A DNA stretch of 64,000 bases from Candidatus Eiseniibacteriota bacterium (GTDB taxonomy: Bacteria > Eisenbacteria > RBG-16-71-46 > CAZAMP01), in contig OZ245046.1 of assembly GCA_965224245.1 (NCBI GenBank), positions 5,888,001 to 5,952,000 of the forward strand. Direction: 5' to 3'. The notes under the pieces are model-generated. The model did no database searches, was not told the DNA's origin, and saw nothing but the letters and a program-made list of their open reading frames with translations. Made by a program: the position numbers and the translations under genes. This document shows, piece after piece, positions 30,340 to 41,758 of the stretch. The first letter of the stretch is position 1. Every line of letters begins with the position of its first letter.

Positions 30340-30545
30340 TTCGGAATCCGATCGGCGTCGCGCGCACGCGCGCGCGGTGGGGCCAGAGACTCGCGCTCGA
30401 CGTGCCCGGCGGCCTCGGCCGACCGGACGGCGCGGGGGAGAACGGTCGGCAGGGACGATAGCGTGTTCTCGAACCGCGGGCAGGCGGAAAAGGGAGAAGC
30501 GCCCGCCCCCCCGGCCGAATGGCGGCGCGCTCCTCGCGGCGGTGC

Positions 30546-30574
30546 TTGAGGCGTACCGAGATCACTGCTAACCT
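30546..30574 (+). promoter_or_regulatory. Sigma70-type promoter of the pyrimidine catabolic operon
   Basis: TTGAGG (30546-30551), 17-nt spacer, TAACCT (30569-30574) with extended -10 TG; GGAGG RBS before ATG 30608. Confidence 0.65.
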
Positions 30575-30607
30575 TGCTTCAGTCAACCAACTACACGGAG
30601 GGGCGGC

Positions 30608-32056
30608 ATGTCGGAACGACTTCGCAACTTCATCGGGGGCGAGTGGGTCGATTCCAGCGCGGGCAGCGTGCACGCGGTGCGTAATCCCGCCACCGGCCAG
30701 CACCTCGCCGACACACCGCTCGGGGGCGCCGAGGACGTCGACGCCGCGGTGGCCGCCGCGCGGACTGCCTTCGACGCATGGCGGGAAGTGCCGGCCGTCG
30801 TCCGCGCCCGGTATCTCTTCGACCTGAAGTTCCAGCTCGAGAAGCACGCCGAGGAGCTGGCCGCGATCTGCACCCGGGAGAACGGCAAGACGCTTCACGA
30901 GTCCCGCGGCAGCGTGCGCCGCGGCATCGAGTGCGTCGAGGTGGCCGCTGGCGCGCCGTCGCTGTTGATGGGATCGTCGCTGGAGGACGTGGCCGGCGGC
31001 ATCGACTGCGAGGCCGTGCGGCAGCCGATCGGGGTCTTCGCGTGCATCGCGCCGTTCAACTTCCCGGCCATGGTGCCGCTCTGGTTCTATCCGTTCGCGG
31101 TCGCGTGCGGGAACACGTTCGTGTGCAAGCCGTCCGAGCAGGTTCCGCTGAGCCAGCGCTTCATCTTCCAGCTCATCGAGGACGTGGGCTTTCCGCCCGG
31201 GGTCCTCAATCTCGTGAACGGCGGACGCGAGGCGGTCGAGGCGATCGTGGCGCATCCGGACATCGCCGGCGTGTCGTTCGTCGGCTCGAGCCCGGTGGCG
31301 AAGTTCGTATACAAGGCGGCGGCGGAGAGCGGCAAGCGCGTGCAGGCGCTCGGTGGGGCCAAGAACTACATCATCGTGATGCCCGACGCGGAGATGGAGC
31401 CGACCGTGGACGCGATCGTGGAGTCGGCCTACGGCTGTGCGGGCGAGCGCTGCCTGGCGGGCAGCGTCGTGTTGACGGTGGGGGATGCGCACCAGCGCCT
31501 GCGCGACGGCATCCTCCGGCGCCTCGAGGGCTGGACGGTGGGCGACGGCTCGAGGGACGGCGTCGACATGGGGCCCCTCATCTCGGCCACGCACCGCAAT
31601 CGCGTCGAGGCCTACATCAGGAAGGGGACCGACGAGGGCGCGAAGCTCCTTCTCGACGGCCGCGAGCACCCGCAGACCCGGACCGAGGGATATTTCCTCG
31701 GCCCGTCGCTCTTCGACGAGGTCACGCCGGAGATGACGATTGGTCGGGAGGAGATCTTCGGCCCCGTGCTGTGTCTGTCGAACGTGGACTCGCTAGACGA
31801 CGCGCTGGCGGTGGTCAAGCAGCACCCGCTGGCCAACGCCAGCTCGATCTTCACCACGAGCGGCAAGCACGCGCGGGAGTTCAAGTACCGCGTGGACGCG
31901 AGCATGTCGGCGATCAACATCGGCGTCGCGGCGCCGATGTCGTTCTTCTCGTTCGGGGGCGCCAAGGGCTCGTTCTTCGGGGATCTGAAGGCGCACGGGC
32001 GCGAGTCGTTCGACTTCTTCACGGACAAGAAGATCGTCATCTCGCGGTGGTTCTGA
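30608..32056 (+). CDS. mmsA: CoA-acylating (methyl)malonate-semialdehyde dehydrogenase
   Basis: PFNFPAMVPLW, KPSEQVP, SFVGS, GKRVQALGGAKN, AGERCLA, EEIFGPV, INIGVAAP, FSFGG. Confidence 0.93.
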   Translation: MSERLRNFIGGEWVDSSAGSVHAVRNPATGQHLADTPLGGAEDVDAAVAAARTAFDAWREVPAVVRARYLFDLKFQLEKHAEELAAICTRENGKTLHESRGSVRRGIECVEVAAGAPSLLMGSSLEDVAGGIDCEAVRQPIGVFACIAPFNFPAMVPLWFYPFAVACGNTFVCKPSEQVPLSQRFIFQLIEDVGFPPGVLNLVNGGREAVEAIVAHPDIAGVSFVGSSPVAKFVYKAAAESGKRVQALGGAKNYIIVMPDAEMEPTVDAIVESAYGCAGERCLAGSVVLTVGDAHQRLRDGILRRLEGWTVGDGSRDGVDMGPLISATHRNRVEAYIRKGTDEGAKLLLDGREHPQTRTEGYFLGPSLFDEVTPEMTIGREEIFGPVLCLSNVDSLDDALAVVKQHPLANASSIFTTSGKHAREFKYRVDASMSAINIGVAAPMSFFSFGGAKGSFFGDLKAHGRESFDFFTDKKIVISRWF

Positions 32057-32066
32057 GGAGGTCGGC

Positions 32067-32939
32067 GTGAGCAGAACGGTTCGATGCGGGCTCATCCAGT
32101 GCGCGAACCCGATCAACGACGAGAGCGTCCCCGTCGACGAGATCAAGCGGGCCGCGTTCGAGAAGCACCTGCCCTTCATCGAGAAGGCGGGCGCCGACGG
32201 CGTGAGGATCCTGTGCATGCAGGAGATCTTCGACGGGCCGTACTTCTGCCCCAGCCAGGACGGGCGCTGGTACGACGCGGCCGAGTCGGTCCCCGGTCCC
32301 ACGACCGAGCGGCTGGCGGCCCTGGCCAGGCAGCACGAGATGGTGCTGGTGGTCCCGATCTACGAGCGCGAGCAGGCCGGCGTCTACTACAACACGGCGG
32401 CGGTGATCGACGCCGACGGCACGTACCTCGGCAAGTACCGGAAGAACCACATCCCGCAGATCGCCGGCTTCTGGGAGAAGTTCTTCTTCAAGCCGGGGAA
32501 CCTCGGGTATCCGGTGTTCGAGACCGCGTACGCGAAGGTCGGCGTGTACATCTGCTACGACCGGCACTTTCCCGAGGGCGCGCGCCTGCTGGGCCTGAAC
32601 GGCGCGGAGATCGTGTTCAACCCGTCGGCCACGGTCGCGGGCCTCTCGCAGTACCTGTGGAAGCTCGAGCAGCCGGCGCACGCGGTGGCCAACGGCTACT
32701 TCATGGGGTGCATCAACCGCGTCGGCAACGAGGGTCCCTGGAACATCGGCAAGTTCTACGGATCGAGCTACTTCGTGGACCCGCGCGGGCAGTTCCTGGT
32801 CGAGGCGTCAGAGGACCGGGACGAGCTCGTGGTGGCGGATCTCGATCTGGACATGATCGAGGAGGTGCGGCGGACCTGGCAGTTCTACCGGGATCGCCGC
32901 CCCGAGACGTACCGGCCGATGACGGAGCTCCTGCCGTAG
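32067..32939 (+). CDS. pydC: Beta-ureidopropionase (nitrilase superfamily)
   Basis: Triad QE, YRKNHIP, ICYDRHFPE; FWEKFFFKPGN; WQFYRDRRPE; operon context. Confidence 0.9.
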   Translation: MSRTVRCGLIQCANPINDESVPVDEIKRAAFEKHLPFIEKAGADGVRILCMQEIFDGPYFCPSQDGRWYDAAESVPGPTTERLAALARQHEMVLVVPIYEREQAGVYYNTAAVIDADGTYLGKYRKNHIPQIAGFWEKFFFKPGNLGYPVFETAYAKVGVYICYDRHFPEGARLLGLNGAEIVFNPSATVAGLSQYLWKLEQPAHAVANGYFMGCINRVGNEGPWNIGKFYGSSYFVDPRGQFLVEASEDRDELVVADLDLDMIEEVRRTWQFYRDRRPETYRPMTELLP

Positions 32940-33003
32940 ACCGTTCGATCACGCGTTCCCTCCCCGGCGCGATCGACACTGTCTCGACGAGGGGAGAGGC
33001 GAC

Positions 33004-33753
33004 ATGACGGAACGAACCACACGTCGGTGGGCGCCGATCACCGGCGCCATGCTCGTGATCGTGATCGCGCCCGTGGACGCAGACGCGGGCGGGCGGCCCC
33101 CCGACGACGCCTGTCTGTTTCTCGATCTGCATACGACGGACGCGACTTACTCCGGGTGCGAGAGCATGGACTACATCGAGACGCTGGAGTGCGAGGACTT
33201 CCGCGGTCTCGATCAGCCCGGCGGACCGTTGGTCTGGTACTGGATCATCGCGACGTGGGCTCGTGGGTGGACCTTCGACGACGGCATCGGCTCGATCCGC
33301 TTCGGGCTCGAGCGGAGCGAGGACGAGCCCGCCACCTGGGCGTCATGCACGGCGGGGGCCGACGTGCCGGGAGTGGGCTGGCCGAGCTCGGGGACCGGGT
33401 ACGAAGCAAGCTGGGCCGGCGGCTGCTACGTGCCGTCCGGCCCGACGGCCAGGATCGGATTCCTGTGGCCCGACGAGCATTCGATCGACGGGCTCACCGG
33501 GGAGTACCGGTTCGGCGTGCATCCGGACGACCCGGGCGACCTCGCCCACTGGCGCACGTGCGGCGGGGAGGAGCGCGCGATGGGCTTCCAGCCGCACTGG
33601 TGGTACGACCTCGTCGAGCTCCGGCACCTCTGTCAGCTCTACACCGATCCCATCGGGGAGCCGATCTGTTCCGCGTTCACCCCGACGGCGGGCGCGTCAT
33701 GGGGTAGGATCAAGAGCTGCTACCGGACCGAACCGCCACTCGAGACGAGGTGA
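33004..33753 (+). CDS. Cys-rich secreted hypothetical protein with C-terminal SWGRIKSCYR motif
   Basis: GGGGAG RBS; signal peptide ending ADA; GC3-rich codons; GTGA overlap with hydA. Confidence 0.75.
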   Translation: MTERTTRRWAPITGAMLVIVIAPVDADAGGRPPDDACLFLDLHTTDATYSGCESMDYIETLECEDFRGLDQPGGPLVWYWIIATWARGWTFDDGIGSIRFGLERSEDEPATWASCTAGADVPGVGWPSSGTGYEASWAGGCYVPSGPTARIGFLWPDEHSIDGLTGEYRFGVHPDDPGDLAHWRTCGGEERAMGFQPHWWYDLVELRHLCQLYTDPIGEPICSAFTPTAGASWGRIKSCYRTEPPLETR

Positions 33754-35150
33754 CGACCATGGGCATGATCATTCGAAACGGGACGATCGTCACGGCCGTC
33801 GATCGGTTCAAGGCCGACGTCCTCACGCGCGACGGGAAGATCGCCGCGATCGGCGCCGGGCTGGACGCCGCCTCGGACGACGAGGTCGTCGACGCATCGG
33901 GCCAGTACGTGTTCCCCGGCGGCGTGGACCCACACGTCCACATGGAGCTGCCGTTCATGGGGACCGTCTCCGCCGACGACTTCGAGACCGGCACCGCGGC
34001 CGGCATCGCGGGCGGGACGACGTCCATCATCGACTTCTGCATCCCCGGTCGGGGACAGAACATGTTCGAGGCGCTCGATGCGTGGCACGAGAAGTCGGCC
34101 AAGGCCTGTGCCGACTACACGTACCACATGGCGATCACCTGGTGGTCGGACGACCACGAGGAGTGGATGACGCGCTGTGTGCGCGAGCACGGCATCACGT
34201 CGTTCAAGGTGTTCCTGGCCTACCGCGACGCGATCGGGGTCAGCGATACCGAGCTCATCCACTGCCTCCGCGTCGCGGGCCAGCTGGGCGCGGTGGTCAC
34301 CGTCCACGCCGAGCACGGCGAGATGGTGGCCGAGCTCCAGAAGGAGTTCGCGGACGCGGGCAAGATGACGCCCCGGTACCACGCGCTCTCGCGACCCTCG
34401 CCCGTCGAGGGCGAGGCCACCAATCGCGTGCTGATGCTGGCCGAGCTGACCGGCGCCACCGTGTACATCGTCCACATGACCTGCCGCGAGGCGGTGGACG
34501 CGCTGGCACGGGCGCGCATGCGCGGGCAGCGCGCGTTCGGCGAGACCTGTCCGCAGTATCTCCTCCTGGACGACTCGGTCTACGACAAGCCGGACTTCGA
34601 GGGTGCCGCCTACGTCATGTCCCCGCCGATACGGCCGCGAGGACACCAGGAGCCGCTCTGGGCCGCGCTGAAGTCGGGAGTGCTGCAGGTGGTCGGCACC
34701 GATCACTGTCCGTTCAACCAGGTCGGCCAGAAGGACATCGGAAGAGACGACTTCCGCATCATCCCCAACGGCGCCGCCGGCATCGAGAACCGCCTGGCGC
34801 TCCTGTACACGTACGGGGTCCGGGAAGGACGGCTCGATCTGAATCAGTTCGTCGATCTCACGTCGACGCGCGCGGCCAAGATCTTCGGGCTGTACCCCCG
34901 CAAGGGATCGGTCACGGTGGGGGCCGACGCCGACCTCGTGGTCTGGGATCCGAGCGCGACCGGCACGATCTCGGCGAAGACGCACCATCACCGGGTGGAC
35001 CGCAACATCTACGAGGGTTTTCACGTCGAGGGACTGCCGTCCCACGTGCTCGTCGGGGGTAAGATGGCCTATCGGAAGGGGTCGCTCGACGCCGAGCGGG
35101 GCGCGGGGCGCTTCATGACGCGCAAGCCGACCGAGCCGATCCGCCGCTGA
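33750..35150 (+). CDS. hydA: Dihydropyrimidinase
   Basis: PGGVDPHVHM, GGTTSIIDF, SFKVF, VHAE, GETCPQY, MSPP, GTDHCPF, IPNG. Confidence 0.95.
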   Translation: MTTMGMIIRNGTIVTAVDRFKADVLTRDGKIAAIGAGLDAASDDEVVDASGQYVFPGGVDPHVHMELPFMGTVSADDFETGTAAGIAGGTTSIIDFCIPGRGQNMFEALDAWHEKSAKACADYTYHMAITWWSDDHEEWMTRCVREHGITSFKVFLAYRDAIGVSDTELIHCLRVAGQLGAVVTVHAEHGEMVAELQKEFADAGKMTPRYHALSRPSPVEGEATNRVLMLAELTGATVYIVHMTCREAVDALARARMRGQRAFGETCPQYLLLDDSVYDKPDFEGAAYVMSPPIRPRGHQEPLWAALKSGVLQVVGTDHCPFNQVGQKDIGRDDFRIIPNGAAGIENRLALLYTYGVREGRLDLNQFVDLTSTRAAKIFGLYPRKGSVTVGADADLVVWDPSATGTISAKTHHHRVDRNIYEGFHVEGLPSHVLVGGKMAYRKGSLDAERGAGRFMTRKPTEPIRR

Positions 35151-35171
35151 CGCTCTTGGAGAGGATCATCG

Positions 35172-36503
<1,332 letters not shown>

Positions 36504-36506
36504 CCG

Positions 36507-37829
36507 ATGTCGGACGCGTACCGGCTCCCCGACGGGCGCCTCGAGGAGGGATTCGAGGATCGGAAGCCCCTCTTCACCGAGAGCGAGGCCCGCTTCGAAG
36601 CGAACCGCTGCCTCTACTGCTTCGACGCGCCGTGCATTCCGGCCTGTCCCACGGCCATCGACATTCCCACGTTCATTCGCAAGATCGCGACCGGCAACCT
36701 CCGCGGCTCGGCGCGCACCATTCTCGAGGCCAACCTCCTGGGGATGAGCTGCGCGCGCGCGTGTCCGGTGGAGGTGCTGTGCGAGGGATCCTGCGTCTAC
36801 GTCGGCTGGGGACGCCCCGCGATCGCGATCGGCCGGCTCCAGCGCTACGCGATGGCGCACGGTGCCTCCGCTGCGCTTCTCGACAGGCGGCCGTCCAACG
36901 GGCACTCGATCGGTCTGATCGGCGCAGGACCGGCGTCGCTGGCCTGCGCGGGCACGCTGGCCCGCCTCGGACACGAGCCGGTCATCTACGAGCAGCGCGA
37001 CGTGCTCGGGGGGCTCAACACGATCGGCATCGCGCCGTACAAGCTGCCCGCGAACGACGCGCTCGACGACGTGCGCTTCGTGGCCGAGCTGGGCGTCACG
37101 TTCCGGACCAGGGTCACGGTCGGGCAGGACGTCACGATCGACGAGCTCCTCGCCCGGCACGAGGCGGTCTTCCTCGGTGTGGGGCTCGGCGCCGATCGCA
37201 TGCTCGAGGTTCCCGGTGCCGGCGGTCCCGGCGTCGTCGGCGCGGTGGAGTGGATCGAGTCGATGAAGACCGACCCCGCCGCCAGCGTGGCCGGCGTCTC
37301 GCACGCCGTCGTGATCGGCGGGGGGAACACGGCGGTGGACGTCGTGCGCGAGCTCCGCGGGCTCGGCGTGGATTCCGTCACGCTCGTGTATCGACGGGAT
37401 GACTCACGGCTGAGCGCCTATCGCCACGAGCTCGACGCCGCGCGACGCGAGGGCGTTCGCGTGCTGGTGTCGCGCTCGCTCGGGGAGGTCGTCCGGTCGG
37501 GAAGCGCGATCAGCGCCGTCCGGCTCGTCCACACCGAGGACGGCGCACCGACCGATCGCGACGCCGAGACGCTTCCGGCCGATCTCGTCGTGTGGGCGAT
37601 CGGCCAGTCCACGCTCCGGGAGCTCGCCGAGTCGTGCCAGGGCGTCCGTGTGGACGCGCGCGGGCGCGTGCTCGTCGACGGGGAGTCGTTCGTGACCGGG
37701 AACCCGCGCGTGTACGCCGGCGGAGATGCGATCAACGGCGGCAAGGAGGTCGTGAACGCGGTCCACGACGGGCAGGCCGCCGCCCGGGCCATGCACGCCG
37801 CGCTGACCGGGGAGCATCTCGATGGCTGA
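36507..37829 (+). CDS. preT: Dihydropyrimidine dehydrogenase subunit, GltD-like
   Basis: EANRCLYCFDAPCIPACP, CARACPVEVLCEGSC, GAGPA, IGGGNTAVD, YAGGD. Confidence 0.92.
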   Translation: MSDAYRLPDGRLEEGFEDRKPLFTESEARFEANRCLYCFDAPCIPACPTAIDIPTFIRKIATGNLRGSARTILEANLLGMSCARACPVEVLCEGSCVYVGWGRPAIAIGRLQRYAMAHGASAALLDRRPSNGHSIGLIGAGPASLACAGTLARLGHEPVIYEQRDVLGGLNTIGIAPYKLPANDALDDVRFVAELGVTFRTRVTVGQDVTIDELLARHEAVFLGVGLGADRMLEVPGAGGPGVVGAVEWIESMKTDPAASVAGVSHAVVIGGGNTAVDVVRELRGLGVDSVTLVYRRDDSRLSAYRHELDAARREGVRVLVSRSLGEVVRSGSAISAVRLVHTEDGAPTDRDAETLPADLVVWAIGQSTLRELAESCQGVRVDARGRVLVDGESFVTGNPRVYAGGDAINGGKEVVNAVHDGQAAARAMHAALTGEHLDG

Positions 37830-39177
37830 TCTGTCGATCGACTTCGCGGGCATCCGGAGCCCGAACCCGTTCTGGCTGGCCTCGGCGCCGCCCACCAACT
37901 CCGGCGATCAGGTGCTGCGCGCGTTCGACGCCGGATGGGGCGGTGCGGTGTGGAAGACGCTCGGCAATCCGATCGTGAACGTCTCCAGCCGTCTCGGCGG
38001 CGTCCACCTCGGTCACGAGCGACTGATGGGACTCAACAACATCGAGCTCATCACCGATCGCCCGCTGGACGTGAACCTGCGCGAGATCGCCGAGGTCAAG
38101 CGCCTGCGTCCCTCGCACGCGGTGATCGTGTCGTTGATGTTCGAGTCGCGTGAGGAGTGGCGCGAGATCATCCGCCGCTGCGAGGACACGGGCTGTGATG
38201 GGCTGGAGCTGAACTTCGGCTGCCCCCACGGCATGTGCGAGCGCGGCATGGGCTCTGCGGTGGGCCAGGAGCCCAAGGTGCTCGAGGAGCTCGTGCGCTG
38301 GGTGATGGCCGAGACGTCGCTGCCGGTGATCGCCAAGCTGACCCCGAACATCACCGACGTTCGCGAGCCCGCGCACGCCGCCCAGCGCGGCGGGGCGACC
38401 GCGGTCTCGCTGATCAACACCGTCCAGAGCGTCATCGGCGTCGACCTCGAGCGGCTGGTGCCGCTGCCGAGGGTCGACGACGCGTCGTCCCACGGCGGCT
38501 ACTGCGGCCCCGCGGTGCGGCCGATCGCGCTCCGGATGGTGGCCGATCTGGCCCGGGCTCGCGACTTCACGCTGCCCATCAGCGGCATCGGGGGCATCGG
38601 GACGTGGCGGGACGCGGCCGAGTTCATCGCCCTCGGGGCGGGATCGGTCCAGGTGTGCACGGCGGTCATGCACCACGGATACCGGATCGTCGAGGACCTG
38701 ATCGACGGGCTCTCGTCGTATCTGGATACGAAGGGCATGTCGGCGGTCTCCGATCTCGTCGGGCGTGCGATCCCCGGGTACCGCGAGTGGGGCGAGCTCG
38801 ATCTGAACTACCACATCGTGGCCGAGATCGATCCCCGGACGTGCATCGGGTGTCAGCTCTGTCACGTGGCGTGTCACGACGGGGCGCATCAGTGCATTCA
38901 CCTCCCGGGCACGTCGCCGATCGACGGGCACGTAGCGCCGATGGCATCCATGGCGGCCGAGCGCGCGGCCCGGGCGGTAGCGGACGGCACGGAGCCGTAC
39001 CGCGTTCCCTGGGTGGACGAGACCGAGTGCGTGGGCTGCAATCTCTGCGAGATGGTCTGTCCGGTCGAGGGCTGCATCACGATGGTGGAGCGCCGGCGCG
39101 GACCGGAGCCTGACTCGTGGAACGATCGCGTCGCGAGCGGGCGCGATCACGTTCCGGGAGGGCTCGGCGACGTCTGA
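37822..39177 (+). CDS. preA: Dihydropyrimidine dehydrogenase FMN subunit with C-terminal 2x[4Fe-4S]
   Basis: NPFWLASAPPT, NNIELITDR, ELNFGCPHGMCERGMG, KLTPN, GGYCGPAV, CIGCQLCHVAC, CVGCNLCEMVCP. Confidence 0.95.
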   Translation: MADLSIDFAGIRSPNPFWLASAPPTNSGDQVLRAFDAGWGGAVWKTLGNPIVNVSSRLGGVHLGHERLMGLNNIELITDRPLDVNLREIAEVKRLRPSHAVIVSLMFESREEWREIIRRCEDTGCDGLELNFGCPHGMCERGMGSAVGQEPKVLEELVRWVMAETSLPVIAKLTPNITDVREPAHAAQRGGATAVSLINTVQSVIGVDLERLVPLPRVDDASSHGGYCGPAVRPIALRMVADLARARDFTLPISGIGGIGTWRDAAEFIALGAGSVQVCTAVMHHGYRIVEDLIDGLSSYLDTKGMSAVSDLVGRAIPGYREWGELDLNYHIVAEIDPRTCIGCQLCHVACHDGAHQCIHLPGTSPIDGHVAPMASMAAERAARAVADGTEPYRVPWVDETECVGCNLCEMVCPVEGCITMVERRRGPEPDSWNDRVASGRDHVPGGLGDV

Positions 39178-39182
39178 GGCCT

Positions 39183-39248
39183 CGCGGCTCCGATCCATCC
39201 GGATCCGATCCGGAGAGCCACCCGCCGCCGCGCCACCGAGGAGCCGCG
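39183..39248. terminator. Inverted repeat between convergent preA and methyltransferase genes
   Basis: CGCGGCTCC (39183-39191) and GGAGCCGCG (39240-39248); no U-tract. Confidence 0.35.
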
Positions 39249-39292
39249 GAAGCCGAGGAGCTCCCGGCCGCCTGGAGCCCGTTCGCGCCAGA

Positions 39293-40264
39293 TCACGCGG
39301 AGGGGGCTCGCACTCTGGCGACACTCACCAGTGCGTCGACGGCCTGGCCGTGCTGCTTGCGCACCGACGTCGCTTCCAGCGACAGGACGTCGAACGACTC
39401 CTCACACACGCGACGCACGTACGTCTCACCGTGACGGTACCGTCCGTCTGCGCTGAGCTGCACGTCGCGATCGGATGCGCGTTCGACGGTGAACGCGAAC
39501 AGCCCGCCCGGCACGAGACACGCCCGCACGGCGCGAAAGACCGGCGCGAGATCCCCGACGTAGATCAGGACCTCGATGGCCACGACGAGCGAGTAGCGTC
39601 CGGCGCGCTCCATCATCGTGGCGATCATGTCGCCCGCCGTCAGCTCGTCGTAGTGACCGGTCGCCCGCGCGCGCGTCAGCATCTCGGAGGAGAGATCCAC
39701 GCCGTCCAGCCGGTGGGCCAGCGTGCGCAACGACGCACCGGCGAGTCCGGTTCCGCATCCGGCGTCGAGGACGTCGTGTCGGTCGTCACCCACGAGAGGG
39801 GCCAGTGCCCGCATCACGACGGCCGGCCCGTCGTAGGAGAGGGTATCGGTCAGGTGCTCGTCGTACGTCCTCGCGTACTCGTCGAACCGCACCCGGAGAT
39901 ACTCTATGGGGACGCGGTCGGGCGCGTCGGTGGTGCCGTCCCGGGCCAGGAGATAGTCGGCGACCTCGTCCACGCTCGCCTCGTCGATGGCGAGCGCGCG
40001 GGCCTCGGCGGTCCGGAGCCGGCGCCGGCACTCGAGCGCCTCGGTGTGGCGCCCCGACTTCTGGAGCAGATAGGCCAGCCCTTCCAGGCCCGCCGCGTGA
40101 TCGGGGTCGGTCTCCAGGAGTCGGCGGAAGGCCGCCTCCGCGGCCGCGTGATCCCCCGCCGGATTCGCGAGGCTCGACCAGTGGAAGCTCGCGGGATGTG
40201 GATGTGTGAAACCCGCGTCGGCCAGCGCGGCCAGCCACGCGCGCTCGGCGCTGGTGAAGGTCAT
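39293..40264 (-). CDS. TPR-containing SAM-dependent methyltransferase (COG4976-like)
   Basis: TPR-like AEAAFRRLLETDPDH; FDEYARTYDEHL, LDAGCGTGL, GVDLSSEML, VLIYVGDL, GRYRH. Confidence 0.88.
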   Translation of the reverse strand: MTFTSAERAWLAALADAGFTHPHPASFHWSSLANPAGDHAAAEAAFRRLLETDPDHAAGLEGLAYLLQKSGRHTEALECRRRLRTAEARALAIDEASVDEVADYLLARDGTTDAPDRVPIEYLRVRFDEYARTYDEHLTDTLSYDGPAVVMRALAPLVGDDRHDVLDAGCGTGLAGASLRTLAHRLDGVDLSSEMLTRARATGHYDELTAGDMIATMMERAGRYSLVVAIEVLIYVGDLAPVFRAVRACLVPGGLFAFTVERASDRDVQLSADGRYRHGETYVRRVCEESFDVLSLEATSVRKQHGQAVDALVSVARVRAPSA

Positions 40265-40351
40265 CGATACCCCCCTCGGCCGGCTCGCCCGCGGCCCGTG
40301 CTCGTGCCGCCGTCCGGGCGCGCGATCATCGGCGCGACCACGGCGATGCGA

Positions 40352-41740
40352 TCATCGGGACGTGCGCCACGCCGCGAGCCCGCGCTCGGCGTCCGTGCCC
40401 GGGATCGTGTTGTCGAGGAACGTGGCGATGATCGCCCCCACGGCCATGCCGGTCTGTCCGATCGTGTTGACCACGTCGGCCAGCCAGGACGGCGAGAACG
40501 TGGCCGGATTGGCGGCGACGTACTCGGGCACCGAGAGCCCCATGAAGATCGCGAATCCCAGGATGAACAGGTTTCGCGCGGAGTTGAGATCCACGAACTG
40601 GAGGTTGGACAGCCCCACCGATGCGATCATGCCGAACATCGTGCAGTACATGCCGCCCACGATCGGCTGGGGAATCGTGGTGAAGAGCGCGCCGAACTTT
40701 CCAAGCACGGCGAGAAGCATCATCAGGATCGCGCCCATCTGCACCACGCGGCGACTGCCCACGCGGGTGAGGCCGATCGCGCCGATGTTCTCCGAGTACG
40801 ACGTCGTTCCGTTGCCGGTGCCGAAGACTCCGGCGATCAGACAGCCCACGCCCTCCATGCCGATGCCCCGATTCACGACGCGCGGGGTGGGAACCGGCGC
40901 GCCCGAGAGACGCGCGCACGCGTAGTAATCACCCACGGACTCCACCATCGACGCGATGTAGCCCGCGAGCATGCCCACGGTGGCGGCGGCGCCGAAGACG
41001 GGCATCCCCCACTGGAACGGATACGGTACGCGGAGCCAGGGAGCGTTTCGGACGCTGGTCAGGTCGACGTACGCGGGGTGTCCGGTCTCGAACACGCCGG
41101 TCGCGGTGCAGAGCGCGGCGACGCCCCACGCACCCAGGATGCCCAGCAGCACCGGGAACAGCTCGAACGCCCGGTGCGTCCGGCGCAGATACTGGCTGAA
41201 CAGGATCATCAGCGCGATCGTCAGCCCGCCGATTCCCCAGTGCGTTCCCGCCACCGGGGCGCCGAACTTGAACAGCGCGAGCCCGATCAGCGTGATCACC
41301 GGCGCGATGGTCAGGGGGCCCACAAACCGCAGCAGCCTTCCCACGAGGCCGGAGTACCCCAGTGCGATCTCGACCAGCGCGCCCAGGATCACGGCGCCCT
41401 GAACGTGACGCAGCCGCACGTCCCAGCCCTCGCCCGAGAGCGCCGCCATGCCGCAGATCGCGATCGTGGGCGCGAGAAACGAGAACGTGCCGCCCTGCAC
41501 GATGGGAAGGCGGTTGCCGAAGACCGTCTGGAGGAGCGTGGTGATTCCACTGACGAAGAACATCGTGCCGATCAGCCAGCCCAGCTCGACCGGCCGACCC
41601 GAGAGCCCCAGGGGCTCGGCCAGGATGAGCGGGATCGCCACCGTCGAGCCGAACATCGTCAGGTAGTGCTGAAACCCCAGAAGAACCGACTCACGGAGTG
41701 GAGGTTTCTCGTCGATGCGGTAGATGAGATCTCGCGACAT
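40352..41740 (-). CDS. NCS2 (SLC23-like) nucleobase:cation symporter, probably uracil/purine uptake
   Basis: GFQHYLTM, RLPIVQGGTF, ESVGDY, signature SYSENIGAIGLTRVGSR, DNTIPG. Confidence 0.92.
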   Translation of the reverse strand: MSRDLIYRIDEKPPLRESVLLGFQHYLTMFGSTVAIPLILAEPLGLSGRPVELGWLIGTMFFVSGITTLLQTVFGNRLPIVQGGTFSFLAPTIAICGMAALSGEGWDVRLRHVQGAVILGALVEIALGYSGLVGRLLRFVGPLTIAPVITLIGLALFKFGAPVAGTHWGIGGLTIALMILFSQYLRRTHRAFELFPVLLGILGAWGVAALCTATGVFETGHPAYVDLTSVRNAPWLRVPYPFQWGMPVFGAAATVGMLAGYIASMVESVGDYYACARLSGAPVPTPRVVNRGIGMEGVGCLIAGVFGTGNGTTSYSENIGAIGLTRVGSRRVVQMGAILMMLLAVLGKFGALFTTIPQPIVGGMYCTMFGMIASVGLSNLQFVDLNSARNLFILGFAIFMGLSVPEYVAANPATFSPSWLADVVNTIGQTGMAVGAIIATFLDNTIPGTDAERGLAAWRTSR

Positions 41741-41758
41741 GAAGACCTCGCGTGTGTC

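Noticed and set aside
30340-30545. Possible M-box or leader-peptide control of mgtE
   Set aside because: No recognisable ykoK consensus or convincing leader ORF
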